Source: an uncultured Verrucomicrobiae bacterium (lineage in GTDB: Bacteria > Verrucomicrobiota > Verrucomicrobiia > Chthoniobacterales > JAFAMB01). From it: 64,000 bases of DNA. The stretch's first letter is position 1. The number at the start of each line of letters is the position of its first letter. Both the position numbers and the translations under genes were made by a program. The DNA is taken from assembly GCA_963837955.1 (NCBI GenBank), contig CAWIPH010000002.1, positions 4,576,001-4,640,000 on the forward strand. The letters are read 5' to 3'. Below the pieces are notes generated by a model that was not told where the DNA came from, ran no database searches, and worked only from the letters and a program-made list of their open reading frames with translations. This document shows, in pieces, positions 38,495 through 47,433 of this stretch.

Positions 38495-40031
38495 CTATCG
38501 TGATGTGGCTACTCCGTTGTTAGAGGTTACCGGACTCAGCAAGGGCTTCCCCGGCGTCAAAGCGTTGGACGCGGTCGATCTGACCGTTCGAGGAGGAGAA
38601 ATCCACGCACTGATGGGCGAGAACGGCGCGGGTAAAAGCACGTTGATCAAGGTCTTGACCGGGGTCTTTCCCCGCGATTCCGGCGAAACGCGGTTGGAAG
38701 GCCAGATCATCGCACCGAAGTCGCCGGGTGAGGCCGAAGCACTCGGTATCAGCACTGTGTATCAAGAAGTGAACCTGATCCCGCACCTGTCGGTCGCCGA
38801 AAATATTTGCTTGGGCCGCCAACCGACCTGGCTGGGAACGATCCGTTGGGGCGCAATCGCCAAACGGGCGCGAGCGGCGCTTGCCCGGCTGGATCTTTCC
38901 CTGGACGTCAATCGTCAGCTCACTTCATATTCCATAGCCATTCAGCAGATGGTGGCCATTGCGCGCGCCCTCGACATATCTGCTAAGCTCTTAATCCTCG
39001 ATGAGCCGACCTCAAGCCTCGATAAGATTGAGGTGGAAGAGCTCTTCGGAAAGCTCCGAAAGCTCCGGGAGGACGGTCTCGGTATCATCTTTATCACGCA
39101 CTTTCTCGAACAGGTCTACGAAATCTCCGATACCATCACGGTCTTACGGAACGGCTGTCGAGTTGGTTGCTTCGCTACTAAGGAGCTTCCTCGGATCAAG
39201 CTCGTTTCCCATATGATCGGAAAGGCGATCCAGCAGGTTGAAGCACTCGAACAGAAACGTGCGAGCACGGCGACCATTCGCTCGGACAAGCCAATCCTGG
39301 AAGCGCGAGGTTTGGGACGAAAAGGCTCTCTCCAGCCGCTCGATCTGGAAATTCGTCCCGGAGAAGTCGTTGGTCTGGCCGGCCTTCTCGGATCCGGCCG
39401 AACAGAAACGGCCAGGCTGCTGTTCGGCGTCGACCGGCCGGACCAGGGTACAATCCGCATCGATAACAGGGATGTGCGGTTCCATTCGCCCCGCGCCGCT
39501 ATCCGCTACCGCATCGCATTAACTCCGGAGGATAGAAAGGTGGCCGGGATTATTCCTAACCTGACAGTTCGAGAGAATATTGTTTTGGCCTTGCAGGCCA
39601 GTCGAGGGAGTTGGCGGCGCTTATCCGTGACCGATCAAGAAAAACTCGCCGACCGATTCATTCGATCGCTGGATATCAAGACCCCGAGTCGAGAGCAGCT
39701 AGTTCGAAATCTCAGTGGCGGGAATCAACAAAAGGTCTTGCTGGCTCGGTGGCTGGCAACCGAGCCGAAGTTGTTTATTCTCGACGAACCTACTCGCGGA
39801 ATCGACGTAGGGGCGAAGGCCGAGATCGAGAAACTGATCCAATCACTCCGTCAAGAAGGTCTAGCCGTGCTCTTTATCAGCTCGGAATTGGAAGAAATCG
39901 TCCGACAAAGTCAACGGGTGGTCGTTTTACGTGATCGCCGGAAGGTTGGAGAATTGACAGAAGGAGAGATCTCCGAGGAAGCTATTATGCAGTCCATTGC
40001 AACTCACGATTTGGAGCGGCCCGCTGCATGA
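38472..40031 (+). CDS. ytfR: sugar ABC ATP-binding protein (two ABC domains)
   Basis: GENGAGKS, DEPTSSL, LSGGNQQK, DEPTRGID; true start may be GTG 38505. Confidence 0.92.
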   Translation: MGERPNFSYRDVATPLLEVTGLSKGFPGVKALDAVDLTVRGGEIHALMGENGAGKSTLIKVLTGVFPRDSGETRLEGQIIAPKSPGEAEALGISTVYQEVNLIPHLSVAENICLGRQPTWLGTIRWGAIAKRARAALARLDLSLDVNRQLTSYSIAIQQMVAIARALDISAKLLILDEPTSSLDKIEVEELFGKLRKLREDGLGIIFITHFLEQVYEISDTITVLRNGCRVGCFATKELPRIKLVSHMIGKAIQQVEALEQKRASTATIRSDKPILEARGLGRKGSLQPLDLEIRPGEVVGLAGLLGSGRTETARLLFGVDRPDQGTIRIDNRDVRFHSPRAAIRYRIALTPEDRKVAGIIPNLTVRENIVLALQASRGSWRRLSVTDQEKLADRFIRSLDIKTPSREQLVRNLSGGNQQKVLLARWLATEPKLFILDEPTRGIDVGAKAEIEKLIQSLRQEGLAVLFISSELEEIVRQSQRVVVLRDRRKVGELTEGEISEEAIMQSIATHDLERPAA

Positions 40032-41143
40032 TTGACTCGGTTTCTGACCTGTTATTCTGGATCGTCTTTGGCGTCATTCTTTTCTTTTTACGCCGGCAAA
40101 GGATTTTTTGGACGGTTGGCGCGCTCGCGTTACTCCTCCTTTTTAACCAGTTTTTCACTCCGGGCTTCTTTCATATCCAAGTCCTGGACGGACATCTCTA
40201 TGGTTCCAGGATCGATGTGCTAAACCAGGGAGCCAAGGTCATGCTCCTGTCGCTCGGCATGGTATTGGTGATTGCGACCGGTGGGGTTGATCTTTCGGTA
40301 GGCGCGGTGATGGCCATCGCTGCTGCAGTGTCATCCCGATTGCTGGTTACCGAGCATCAGCCGCCGGGCGTGGCCATTGCCGTCGCCTTGGTCATCTCGG
40401 TTTTGGCCGGGGCGTGGAACGGGTTGTTGGTCGCCGGATTCGGAATTCAGCCAATCGTTGCGACTCTGGTATTGATGGTGGCAGGGCGCGGAATTGCTCA
40501 GCTGATCACGGAGGGACAAATCATTAACTTCCTCGATCCGACGATGGTCTACCTCGGTAATGGCCACCTATTTGGCCTGCCATTTACTCTAACGCTCGTC
40601 GTCGTCATGCTGATACTCGTCCATTTACTGGTCCGGCGTACTGCCCTTGGACTCTTTATCGAGTCGGTGGGCGACAATGACGAGGCCAGCCGCTACTCCG
40701 GCATCAACGCGAAGCAAGTGAAGTTCTTAGTCTACACGCTTTCCGGCCTCTGTGCCGGACTGGCCGGACTGGTGGCGTGCTCAAACATCAAAAGCGCAGA
40801 TGCCAATAATATCGGCCTCTATCTGGAGTTGGATGCAATCCTGGCTGTTGTCGTAGGTGGCACCGCGTTACAGGGTGGCCGTTTCTACCTGATCGGCGCG
40901 GTGGTCGGTGGATTGTTTATCCAGACGCTCACGACCACGTTATACGCCCGAAACGTGAGTTCCGATGTTTCTCCCGTACCGAAGGCCCTGGTTATCATAG
41001 CGGTTTGCCTGTTCCAAAGTGAATTGTTCCGAGCACGGATCTCACAAGTTCTTCGACCGCTAGACAGGATTCTCAAACCGCTGAGCGCTCGGCTACCGTT
41101 CCATCTCTCTACCGCTGCGCGGCATGATTCGCCTAAACCCTAA
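40028..41143 (+). CDS. ytfT: sugar ABC permease
   Basis: GGVDLSVG, IQPIVATL, ELDAILAVVVGG. Confidence 0.88.
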   Translation: MIDSVSDLLFWIVFGVILFFLRRQRIFWTVGALALLLLFNQFFTPGFFHIQVLDGHLYGSRIDVLNQGAKVMLLSLGMVLVIATGGVDLSVGAVMAIAAAVSSRLLVTEHQPPGVAIAVALVISVLAGAWNGLLVAGFGIQPIVATLVLMVAGRGIAQLITEGQIINFLDPTMVYLGNGHLFGLPFTLTLVVVMLILVHLLVRRTALGLFIESVGDNDEASRYSGINAKQVKFLVYTLSGLCAGLAGLVACSNIKSADANNIGLYLELDAILAVVVGGTALQGGRFYLIGAVVGGLFIQTLTTTLYARNVSSDVSPVPKALVIIAVCLFQSELFRARISQVLRPLDRILKPLSARLPFHLSTAARHDSPKP

Positions 41144-42092
41144 GTACATTCCTCTTCTCGCGACTGCTGTAGTCCTGCTGGCGCTCTTTGGCACCGGCTC
41201 TCTGCTCTATCCGAACTTCGGCACACCGCGCGTGATCGTGAATCTTTTGAACGATATGGCATTCGTCGGCGTCGCGGCGGTCGGAGAGTCATTCGTGATT
41301 CTGTCGGGAGGTATCGATCTCTCGGTCGGTTCGATGGTGGCGTTCGTCGGTATTCTCATTGCAAAACTTTTGCAGATCGGGTGCGACCCATTCTTGGCTA
41401 TGGGGATCGCACTCTGTATTGGAACCCTCGCTGGAGCTTTTATGGGCTGCCTGATCCATTTCTTCGAAATGCCTCCGTTCCTGGTTACTCTTGCCGGCCT
41501 GTTTTGCTTGCGAGGCCTCGGCTTTGTCATCAACCCTGAATCAATCGGAATCGATCATTCATTTTACGGCGAAGTCCTCCCCCAGCTCTCGATCTTAGTT
41601 GCTCCGAAAGCGGTGCTGCCGTTTACGGCTATGTGTTTCCTCGGGTCGGTTATTGTTGGGACTTTCGTCGCCAGTTTCACGCGTTTCGGGCGGAACGTTT
41701 ATGCGATCGGATCGAACGAAAACTCCGCTCGCCTCATGGGCTTGCCGATTGGCCGGACAAAAATCACGACTTATGCCCTCGCCGGCTTCTTTTCCGCGCT
41801 CGGTGGCGTTGTGGCGACCTTCTATATGCAATCGGGAAATCCTGCGTCTTTTGTCGGATTGGAGCTCGACGCGATCGCCTCGGTGGTGATTGGAGGTACT
41901 CTTCTAACCGGCGGAGTCGGTTTTGTTCCTGGGACACTTATGGGCGTCCTCATCCTCGGATTGATCCAACAAATCATTATCTTTAACGGTACGCTGAACA
42001 GTTGGTGGACAAAAATCGTGATCGGCGCGCTGCTGCTTATCTTCATCGTGCTCCAGAAGTTCATCTCGCGGCGACCGGCCGCGGCGAGTTGA
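41124..42092 (+). CDS. yjfF: sugar ABC permease
   Basis: GGIDLSVG, ELDAIASVVIGG, GTLNSWWTKI. Confidence 0.9.
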   Translation: MIRLNPKYIPLLATAVVLLALFGTGSLLYPNFGTPRVIVNLLNDMAFVGVAAVGESFVILSGGIDLSVGSMVAFVGILIAKLLQIGCDPFLAMGIALCIGTLAGAFMGCLIHFFEMPPFLVTLAGLFCLRGLGFVINPESIGIDHSFYGEVLPQLSILVAPKAVLPFTAMCFLGSVIVGTFVASFTRFGRNVYAIGSNENSARLMGLPIGRTKITTYALAGFFSALGGVVATFYMQSGNPASFVGLELDAIASVVIGGTLLTGGVGFVPGTLMGVLILGLIQQIIIFNGTLNSWWTKIVIGALLLIFIVLQKFISRRPAAAS

Positions 42093-42355
42093 AGTTGTGG
42101 TCAGCCAATCGTCGCTTACCGGGTAGTATCCTAGTCTGGACAAGTGCCTCGATTCTCGCGCTCTCCCTAGAGCTCATTCTTTTGAATCGCTCAGATTCAC
42201 AGGGGCTCCATTCCTCGGTCCACCCTGGATTATGCCCGGGCGCCGCAAGCGGCGCGCCCTCCGACGGATAGATGTGTCCTCGCTCTCGTCGCCATTCCGG
42301 CTGCATCCCTACCGTTTAGTGTTTCTTGTTTGTTGTTTCCTGCTCTCTTCTCTGA

Positions 42356-43489
42356 ATGGCCCAAATGGAAAATGGTCCGACGCGCGACAGTGCCAACAGC
42401 CGGCCGTTGACCTACTGGGATCTGGTCCGATGGCTAGGTATCGTCGCGCTGATCGCGTTTGGTGTGACGCTAACGTTCGCAATCAAAGAGACTTTGTTAC
42501 TTTTTTCCATCGCGTTCCTCATAGCGATGGTCCTCAATCCGATAGTCTCCTGGTTGGAACGACGAGGGCTGAATCGAGGTTTGGCGGTCTTGCTCCTGAC
42601 GGTCGTGCTGTTGTCCACATTCGCTCTTCTCGCTTTTTTGTTACTTCCGCCATTCTTGGAGCAGCTGCAGCAGTTAACCGAACAAATTCCCGGCGAGTGG
42701 AAGAGAATTTACGAACAGTTCCAGGACTGGATCAAAACGTACCCGGCTTTGCAACAAGCCTTGCCCAGTCACGCCGGCGATATGCTGAATGTTCTGACCG
42801 CACAGGTAGGCGGAATAGCGAACTTCCTGCTTCGTTCCACCCTCAACCTCGTAAATGGGCTTTTTGTCGGTCTGCTCTGTTTTCTGGTAGTGATTTTTAC
42901 CTTGGTTGATCCAGAGCCGATTACAACCGCTTACCTTGAATTGGTTCCTCCGCGATATAGAGAGCCGGCCTACCGCTCGCTGGCTCGCCTGACGCAACAG
43001 GTGGGCGCCTGGGCTCGAGCCGTCATCATTAATGGCATCGTGACCGGCGCAACTACCGGCATTCTGCTCGCTCTGGTTGGAGTTCAACCCGCGTTCCTCT
43101 TCGGCGTATTGGCGTTTCTGGGCGAGTTCGTACCAATCATCGGACCGGTCATTGTTTCCGTTCCGGCCCTGTTCGTTGCCGCGAGCATGGGCTTTGGGAA
43201 ATTCGTTCTCGCTCTTCTGTCGTTCTTGTTTGTTCAACAGGTCGAAACCAATCTACTGGTCCCTTTCATCATGGGGAAACAGATGAAATTACATCCCGTC
43301 ACTATCATATTTTTTACGTTAGCCATGAGTTCCTTGTTCGGCTTTCTCGGAGCGATTCTCGTGGTCCCGACGGCAGCGGCGGTTAAAATATTTATCAGTG
43401 AATTTTATTTGCGGCCGCGCGGGATCCGATCCGAAGAGGTCGTTCAGCAAGCGCGCGAGCTGGCCAGTGGTCAGGCTAAGATTGATTGA
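42356..43489 (+). CDS. AI-2E family transporter
   Basis: LNP.V..LE, FVP.IGP, QQ.E.N...P..MG..M.LHP. Confidence 0.92.
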   Translation: MAQMENGPTRDSANSRPLTYWDLVRWLGIVALIAFGVTLTFAIKETLLLFSIAFLIAMVLNPIVSWLERRGLNRGLAVLLLTVVLLSTFALLAFLLLPPFLEQLQQLTEQIPGEWKRIYEQFQDWIKTYPALQQALPSHAGDMLNVLTAQVGGIANFLLRSTLNLVNGLFVGLLCFLVVIFTLVDPEPITTAYLELVPPRYREPAYRSLARLTQQVGAWARAVIINGIVTGATTGILLALVGVQPAFLFGVLAFLGEFVPIIGPVIVSVPALFVAASMGFGKFVLALLSFLFVQQVETNLLVPFIMGKQMKLHPVTIIFFTLAMSSLFGFLGAILVVPTAAAVKIFISEFYLRPRGIRSEEVVQQARELASGQAKID

Positions 43490-43787
43490 AACGGACACCA
43501 GGCTTTCAAAACGAGCCGGGTAGTGCGTCTGGTGTGACCAAAGTCTGTCTCTTTGCCGAAGGGATCGCTTTGCTGGCATTCATACCGTTGTTGATCGGTG
43601 AGTACGAATCGGTCGAGTACGCGGCTCAAACCCGGCGCGAAAGGCGCAAATTGATATCGGCGACGCTTTCCGGCGCGCCTAAAGTTTTCGCCCTACCGAC
43701 CATGGGTTTGATTCGCAGTGATTTCTGTTTTTGTCATTCGTTTTGAAATTTTAAATCCACCCGCGGGAGCGCGTTACAAGGCCCACG

Positions 43788-43828
43788 AAAAAAGAAAGCG
43801 GCTCTGGGCGCTTGGCCCAGAGCCGCTT
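43788..43828 (-). terminator. intrinsic terminator of TBDR1
   Basis: 14-bp stem AAGCGGCTCTGGGC/GCCCAGAGCCGCTT followed by a U-tract on the minus strand. Confidence 0.85.
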
Positions 43829-43846
43829 CGGAATTGTAATCAGATT

Positions 43847-46789
43847 CTAGAACTTCTTCTCGACCGACATGTAGTAGAAGCGACCAAGAGGGTTCGTGTT
43901 GCCGGTATCCCAGCCTTGAAACCAGTCGGCGGAGAACGGCGGCGCGCTGTTAAAGAGATTGTTGATGCCAATGGTGAAGGTCGTGTTGGCCAGGAACGTA
44001 CGCCAGCCCCAACTCGATCCCTCCGGCTTCGGAGCAATCGCCTTTTCTCCGATCACTCTCTTACCCTCTTTGTCGTAGCCAGGTTTCGGTGTTTCCGGGA
44101 CCACTTCGGCCGGCGCTCCGAATTTGTAGGAGATCTGCCAGTCGAGCGTCGTCCAGCTACCTATTGTGTGGACACGACCACCGGGATCCAGAGATGCCAG
44201 CGCGTTCGTGCCAAAGTTGTTATCGTTAATATCATGCTCGGAGTCCCAGTAGTTAACCGTTAATCCGGTCCGGACGGTGTCTATTCCGAAAATTGTCTTC
44301 GAGTAGAAAATGCTGGCAACACTCTTGAAATCGGGTGTGCCGTAGAGAGAGGTCGTATCCACGACTTCGAAGGCCGGCGGATTACCATTGGCTCTGGGAA
44401 TGACCTCTTTTGTGGAGCTATGTTCGTAATAGGTGGCGTTGGCCTCGATATCCAGCTTGCCCCAACAGTATTCCTTGGTGATGTAACTAAAGCCGAAATC
44501 GAAGCCGTCGTTGGTGGAACGGCCGAGGTTTTGGAAGGTGGCATTGACGATTTGGATTTGGCCGGCGCCGTTGCGTATCACCGCACCAGCGGGGGCGAAT
44601 CCCCCGAGGTCCACCAGCGTCTGCGGCGTAAGTTGACCGATCAGGTTACGGATATGGATCTGGAACCAATCGACATAAGCCGTAAAACCGTTCGCCCAGC
44701 CCCACCAACTGTGCTCCGGATCGCTGGCTCCAGGGGTCCAGACTGCTCCGGCAAAATAGCTATAGGAATTCTCGGGTTTCAGGCGTGTGTTACCTCCGGT
44801 GAAGGTGATGATCGTGGCGGTTCTGTTACCATTTTGCGGGTCGACGACGCTAGTTTGGGCACCGATTGGTGCGCCGAACAGTTCTGCCAAGGAGGGAGCG
44901 GTGAAGCCTTCGTCATAGCTGGCACGGAAGGTCAGGTCGTTAAACGGTTTGTAGGAAATCGCAAATTTGGGTTTCGCCGCGCTGCCGAAGGTGCTGTAGT
45001 CATCGTACCGTTCTTGAACGCTAAGCTGAAGCGACCGCGCTCCAGGCCAGGACCATTTGTCGCCCAACAGAGGGATTTCTAAGTCGACAAAGCCGCTGTG
45101 AACCCAACGTCGTGCGGTGGTCAGATGACCGGGCGAAAAATCGTTCGAAGTGACGTTCCCAAATTTACTGTCTGGATCCTGGTTATTAATAAGTTCTTCG
45201 CTGCGGTATTCGAGACCCCCAGCGACCGTAACCGGTCCGGAACAAAGATCGATCAACGTGCCGCCAGCTGATATATGCCAGGTGAGCACGCTAGTCCGAA
45301 CGTCTTCCCATTGGATCGTCCGCAACGGGCCATAGAACTGCTGGTTGAAATTGCCGGCGAATCGCTCGTCGATAAACGGGTTGAAGAACTGGCCGATATG
45401 ACCCGGTAATTGTCCGGCCAACGCTTGACTCAGTCTTTGCTTGTTAGTGCCGTTGTACACATATTGCGTGCCGTCGCTTTCGCCGTATTGGAAGTTGGCA
45501 TCAATCACCCAATCGTGCGGCAGCTGGAGAGTCGCACCCACCACGTTGCGGATCGTTCGGATAATCACGGTCGACTTCCACGCACCCATCTCCGGAAGAT
45601 ACATGCCGCCCGGAAAAGCAATTTGCACAGGCTCACCGGTCTTATTCCACGGACTCGTCGTAGGGATAATCATCGGCGCAAAACCGTTCACGTCGAAGCC
45701 GGCGAACCCTTGGTTCGGAGTTTGGGCGCTCTCTTCGTTTCGCTGAATGATCAGCTGATCGTAGAATTTGAGATTTTGAGTTACGTCCAGATTGACCTTA
45801 ACCATGCCACCATAGCGGGTCTCCCGAGGTAAAATCTGCCAATAGTTTGGTGAGAAGTTGAGATTGACCGGCACGTTGGCATTTGCAGCCGTCAGAAATC
45901 CGTTCGCCGGTCTGGTCCCTTTCAGTACCGTGTAAAGAGTACCGGTGTTTTGGCCCACGAAAGAGCCGGCCGTCGATTCAAGGAAAGGAATCGCAGGATA
46001 TCTGGGCGACAGCACGCTGTGGTCGGGATTGGCGGAATAGGGACGATCCGCGGCGTCAATCGGACCCTGTTCGAAGTAATCGAAGGTTACCACGATGCTC
46101 AGCTTGCTCGTGTCGCTGAATTTGTGGCTGACGCCACCCACCAAAGAACCGTGATAGGTCTCGGCGTCGCCATGCTCGCTGATGCCCCAGTATTGCAGGA
46201 TATCAGCGCCGTTATACTCGTCTTTGGTGATGATGTTGACGACACCGGCGATGGCGTCGGAACCGTAGACGGCGCTACCGCCATCGTTCAGGATTTCAAT
46301 GCGATCGATCGAAGCCAATGGGATGGAGTTGATGTCGATGAAACTGATCACGGCGGCGGTCGAAACCTGGGGGAATGGGAATGCGGGGAACCGCTTGCCG
46401 TCGATTAAGACCAAGCTGAAGTTCGGTGCCAAGCCGTGGAGGCCAATCGAGGACGAGGCCGGAGAAAAGCTGTTACCGCTCGTGGTAGTAGGCGAAAAGT
46501 TACCTTCCGTCGATGGCAAGCGCTGAAGTACATCGGTGATCGTTTGGTCACCCTGTTTGGTGATAAAATCTTGGTCCAACGTCGTAACCGGCTGTGGCCC
46601 TTCCCCGACTCGGGGGATAATGTAACCGGTCACGGTGATCTGCTGCAGTTGCCCTCCCTGCTCGTTTACACTCGTTGGATTTGGCCCCGGGGCGGGCGTA
46701 GGCGCTTGTGCGTATGCAATCCCTCCCAGTGTCATGGCTATCGCTAGTTCGGCCGCACAGGCCAGACTAATGTGTCTTAGCTTAATCAT
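43847..46789 (-). CDS. TonB-dependent receptor, paralog 1
   Basis: Signal peptide, QITVTG TonB-box region, plug (LVLIDG.R, IDRIEIL.DG.S..YGSDAIAGVVNII), GINNLF, terminal Phe. Confidence 0.95.
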   Translation of the reverse strand: MIKLRHISLACAAELAIAMTLGGIAYAQAPTPAPGPNPTSVNEQGGQLQQITVTGYIIPRVGEGPQPVTTLDQDFITKQGDQTITDVLQRLPSTEGNFSPTTTSGNSFSPASSSIGLHGLAPNFSLVLIDGKRFPAFPFPQVSTAAVISFIDINSIPLASIDRIEILNDGGSAVYGSDAIAGVVNIITKDEYNGADILQYWGISEHGDAETYHGSLVGGVSHKFSDTSKLSIVVTFDYFEQGPIDAADRPYSANPDHSVLSPRYPAIPFLESTAGSFVGQNTGTLYTVLKGTRPANGFLTAANANVPVNLNFSPNYWQILPRETRYGGMVKVNLDVTQNLKFYDQLIIQRNEESAQTPNQGFAGFDVNGFAPMIIPTTSPWNKTGEPVQIAFPGGMYLPEMGAWKSTVIIRTIRNVVGATLQLPHDWVIDANFQYGESDGTQYVYNGTNKQRLSQALAGQLPGHIGQFFNPFIDERFAGNFNQQFYGPLRTIQWEDVRTSVLTWHISAGGTLIDLCSGPVTVAGGLEYRSEELINNQDPDSKFGNVTSNDFSPGHLTTARRWVHSGFVDLEIPLLGDKWSWPGARSLQLSVQERYDDYSTFGSAAKPKFAISYKPFNDLTFRASYDEGFTAPSLAELFGAPIGAQTSVVDPQNGNRTATIITFTGGNTRLKPENSYSYFAGAVWTPGASDPEHSWWGWANGFTAYVDWFQIHIRNLIGQLTPQTLVDLGGFAPAGAVIRNGAGQIQIVNATFQNLGRSTNDGFDFGFSYITKEYCWGKLDIEANATYYEHSSTKEVIPRANGNPPAFEVVDTTSLYGTPDFKSVASIFYSKTIFGIDTVRTGLTVNYWDSEHDINDNNFGTNALASLDPGGRVHTIGSWTTLDWQISYKFGAPAEVVPETPKPGYDKEGKRVIGEKAIAPKPEGSSWGWRTFLANTTFTIGINNLFNSAPPFSADWFQGWDTGNTNPLGRFYYMSVEKKF

Positions 46790-47007
46790 TTCTCCTTGGT
46801 CTCTTGGGGTATTTTAAAGGAACGCTAAAGCCCTTGGCTAAAGTTATTCCGGAAACAGCCCGCCTCCGCAGATGCAGCGATTTTTGCCCAAAAATCGTCG
46901 TTAGCCTTATGGCCTTTAAGCTAAATGACGTTTTTGTGAAAAAATCGTCACTCGGTCAAGAAAAAGACGTGAAATATTTTGAACGGTTTCGGCAGCCAAG
47001 TGTCAAG
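46790..47007 (-). promoter_or_regulatory. conserved TBDR upstream module (tandem promoter-like boxes + hairpin leader), copy 1
   Basis: TTGACA-N17-TTCAAAA, CTTGACC-N15-CACAAAA, hairpin, TTTCCGG, RBS ACCAAGGAGAA. Confidence 0.7.
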
Positions 47008-47374
47008 TTTTCCGGTTTTTGCACGAACCACAAGCCCGGGTAATGTGGGTTTTTCTCGCACCGAGAAGACCGAAAAACCATTATGGACTTCCCCGGCTAT
47101 TCGTCCGCCGCGGAAGAGAGCGCGCGAGATTTTCGCTTCACGCCAAGCTTCGATATTCAGCTTTCGTGCGCAACGTGCGATCCAACGACAAGCACGAGGA
47201 AGAGTTCGCGGTTGGGGCCGCGCGGCGATTGTAAAGCAATCCGTCAACTCAGCTAGCGACGAAAGTCAGGTGGAATACCCGAAAGACCTATTGGCGCCGC
47301 CTCCCTAAGGACTCCGAACGAAATTCAATCGAGAGAGCGTTTTCTAGCTCGAAAGTACGCCGGCGGAAAAAGGC

Positions 47375-47414
47375 AAAAACAAAAAGCGCAGGATCCACAC
47401 CGATCCTGCGCTTT
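47375..47414 (-). terminator. intrinsic terminator of TBDR2
   Basis: AAAGCGCAGGATC-loop-GATCCTGCGCTTT plus U-tract. Confidence 0.85.
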
Positions 47415-47433
47415 GGATGAGTCAACCCGCCGA

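Noticed and set aside
43486..43746. 86-aa ORF after the AI-2E gene
   Set aside because: TTG start and no recognisable family; insufficient support
46790..47007. Cobalamin/TPP riboswitch or Fur box upstream of the receptors
   Set aside because: Hallmark consensus segments are not visible by eye; an Rfam scan is still needed
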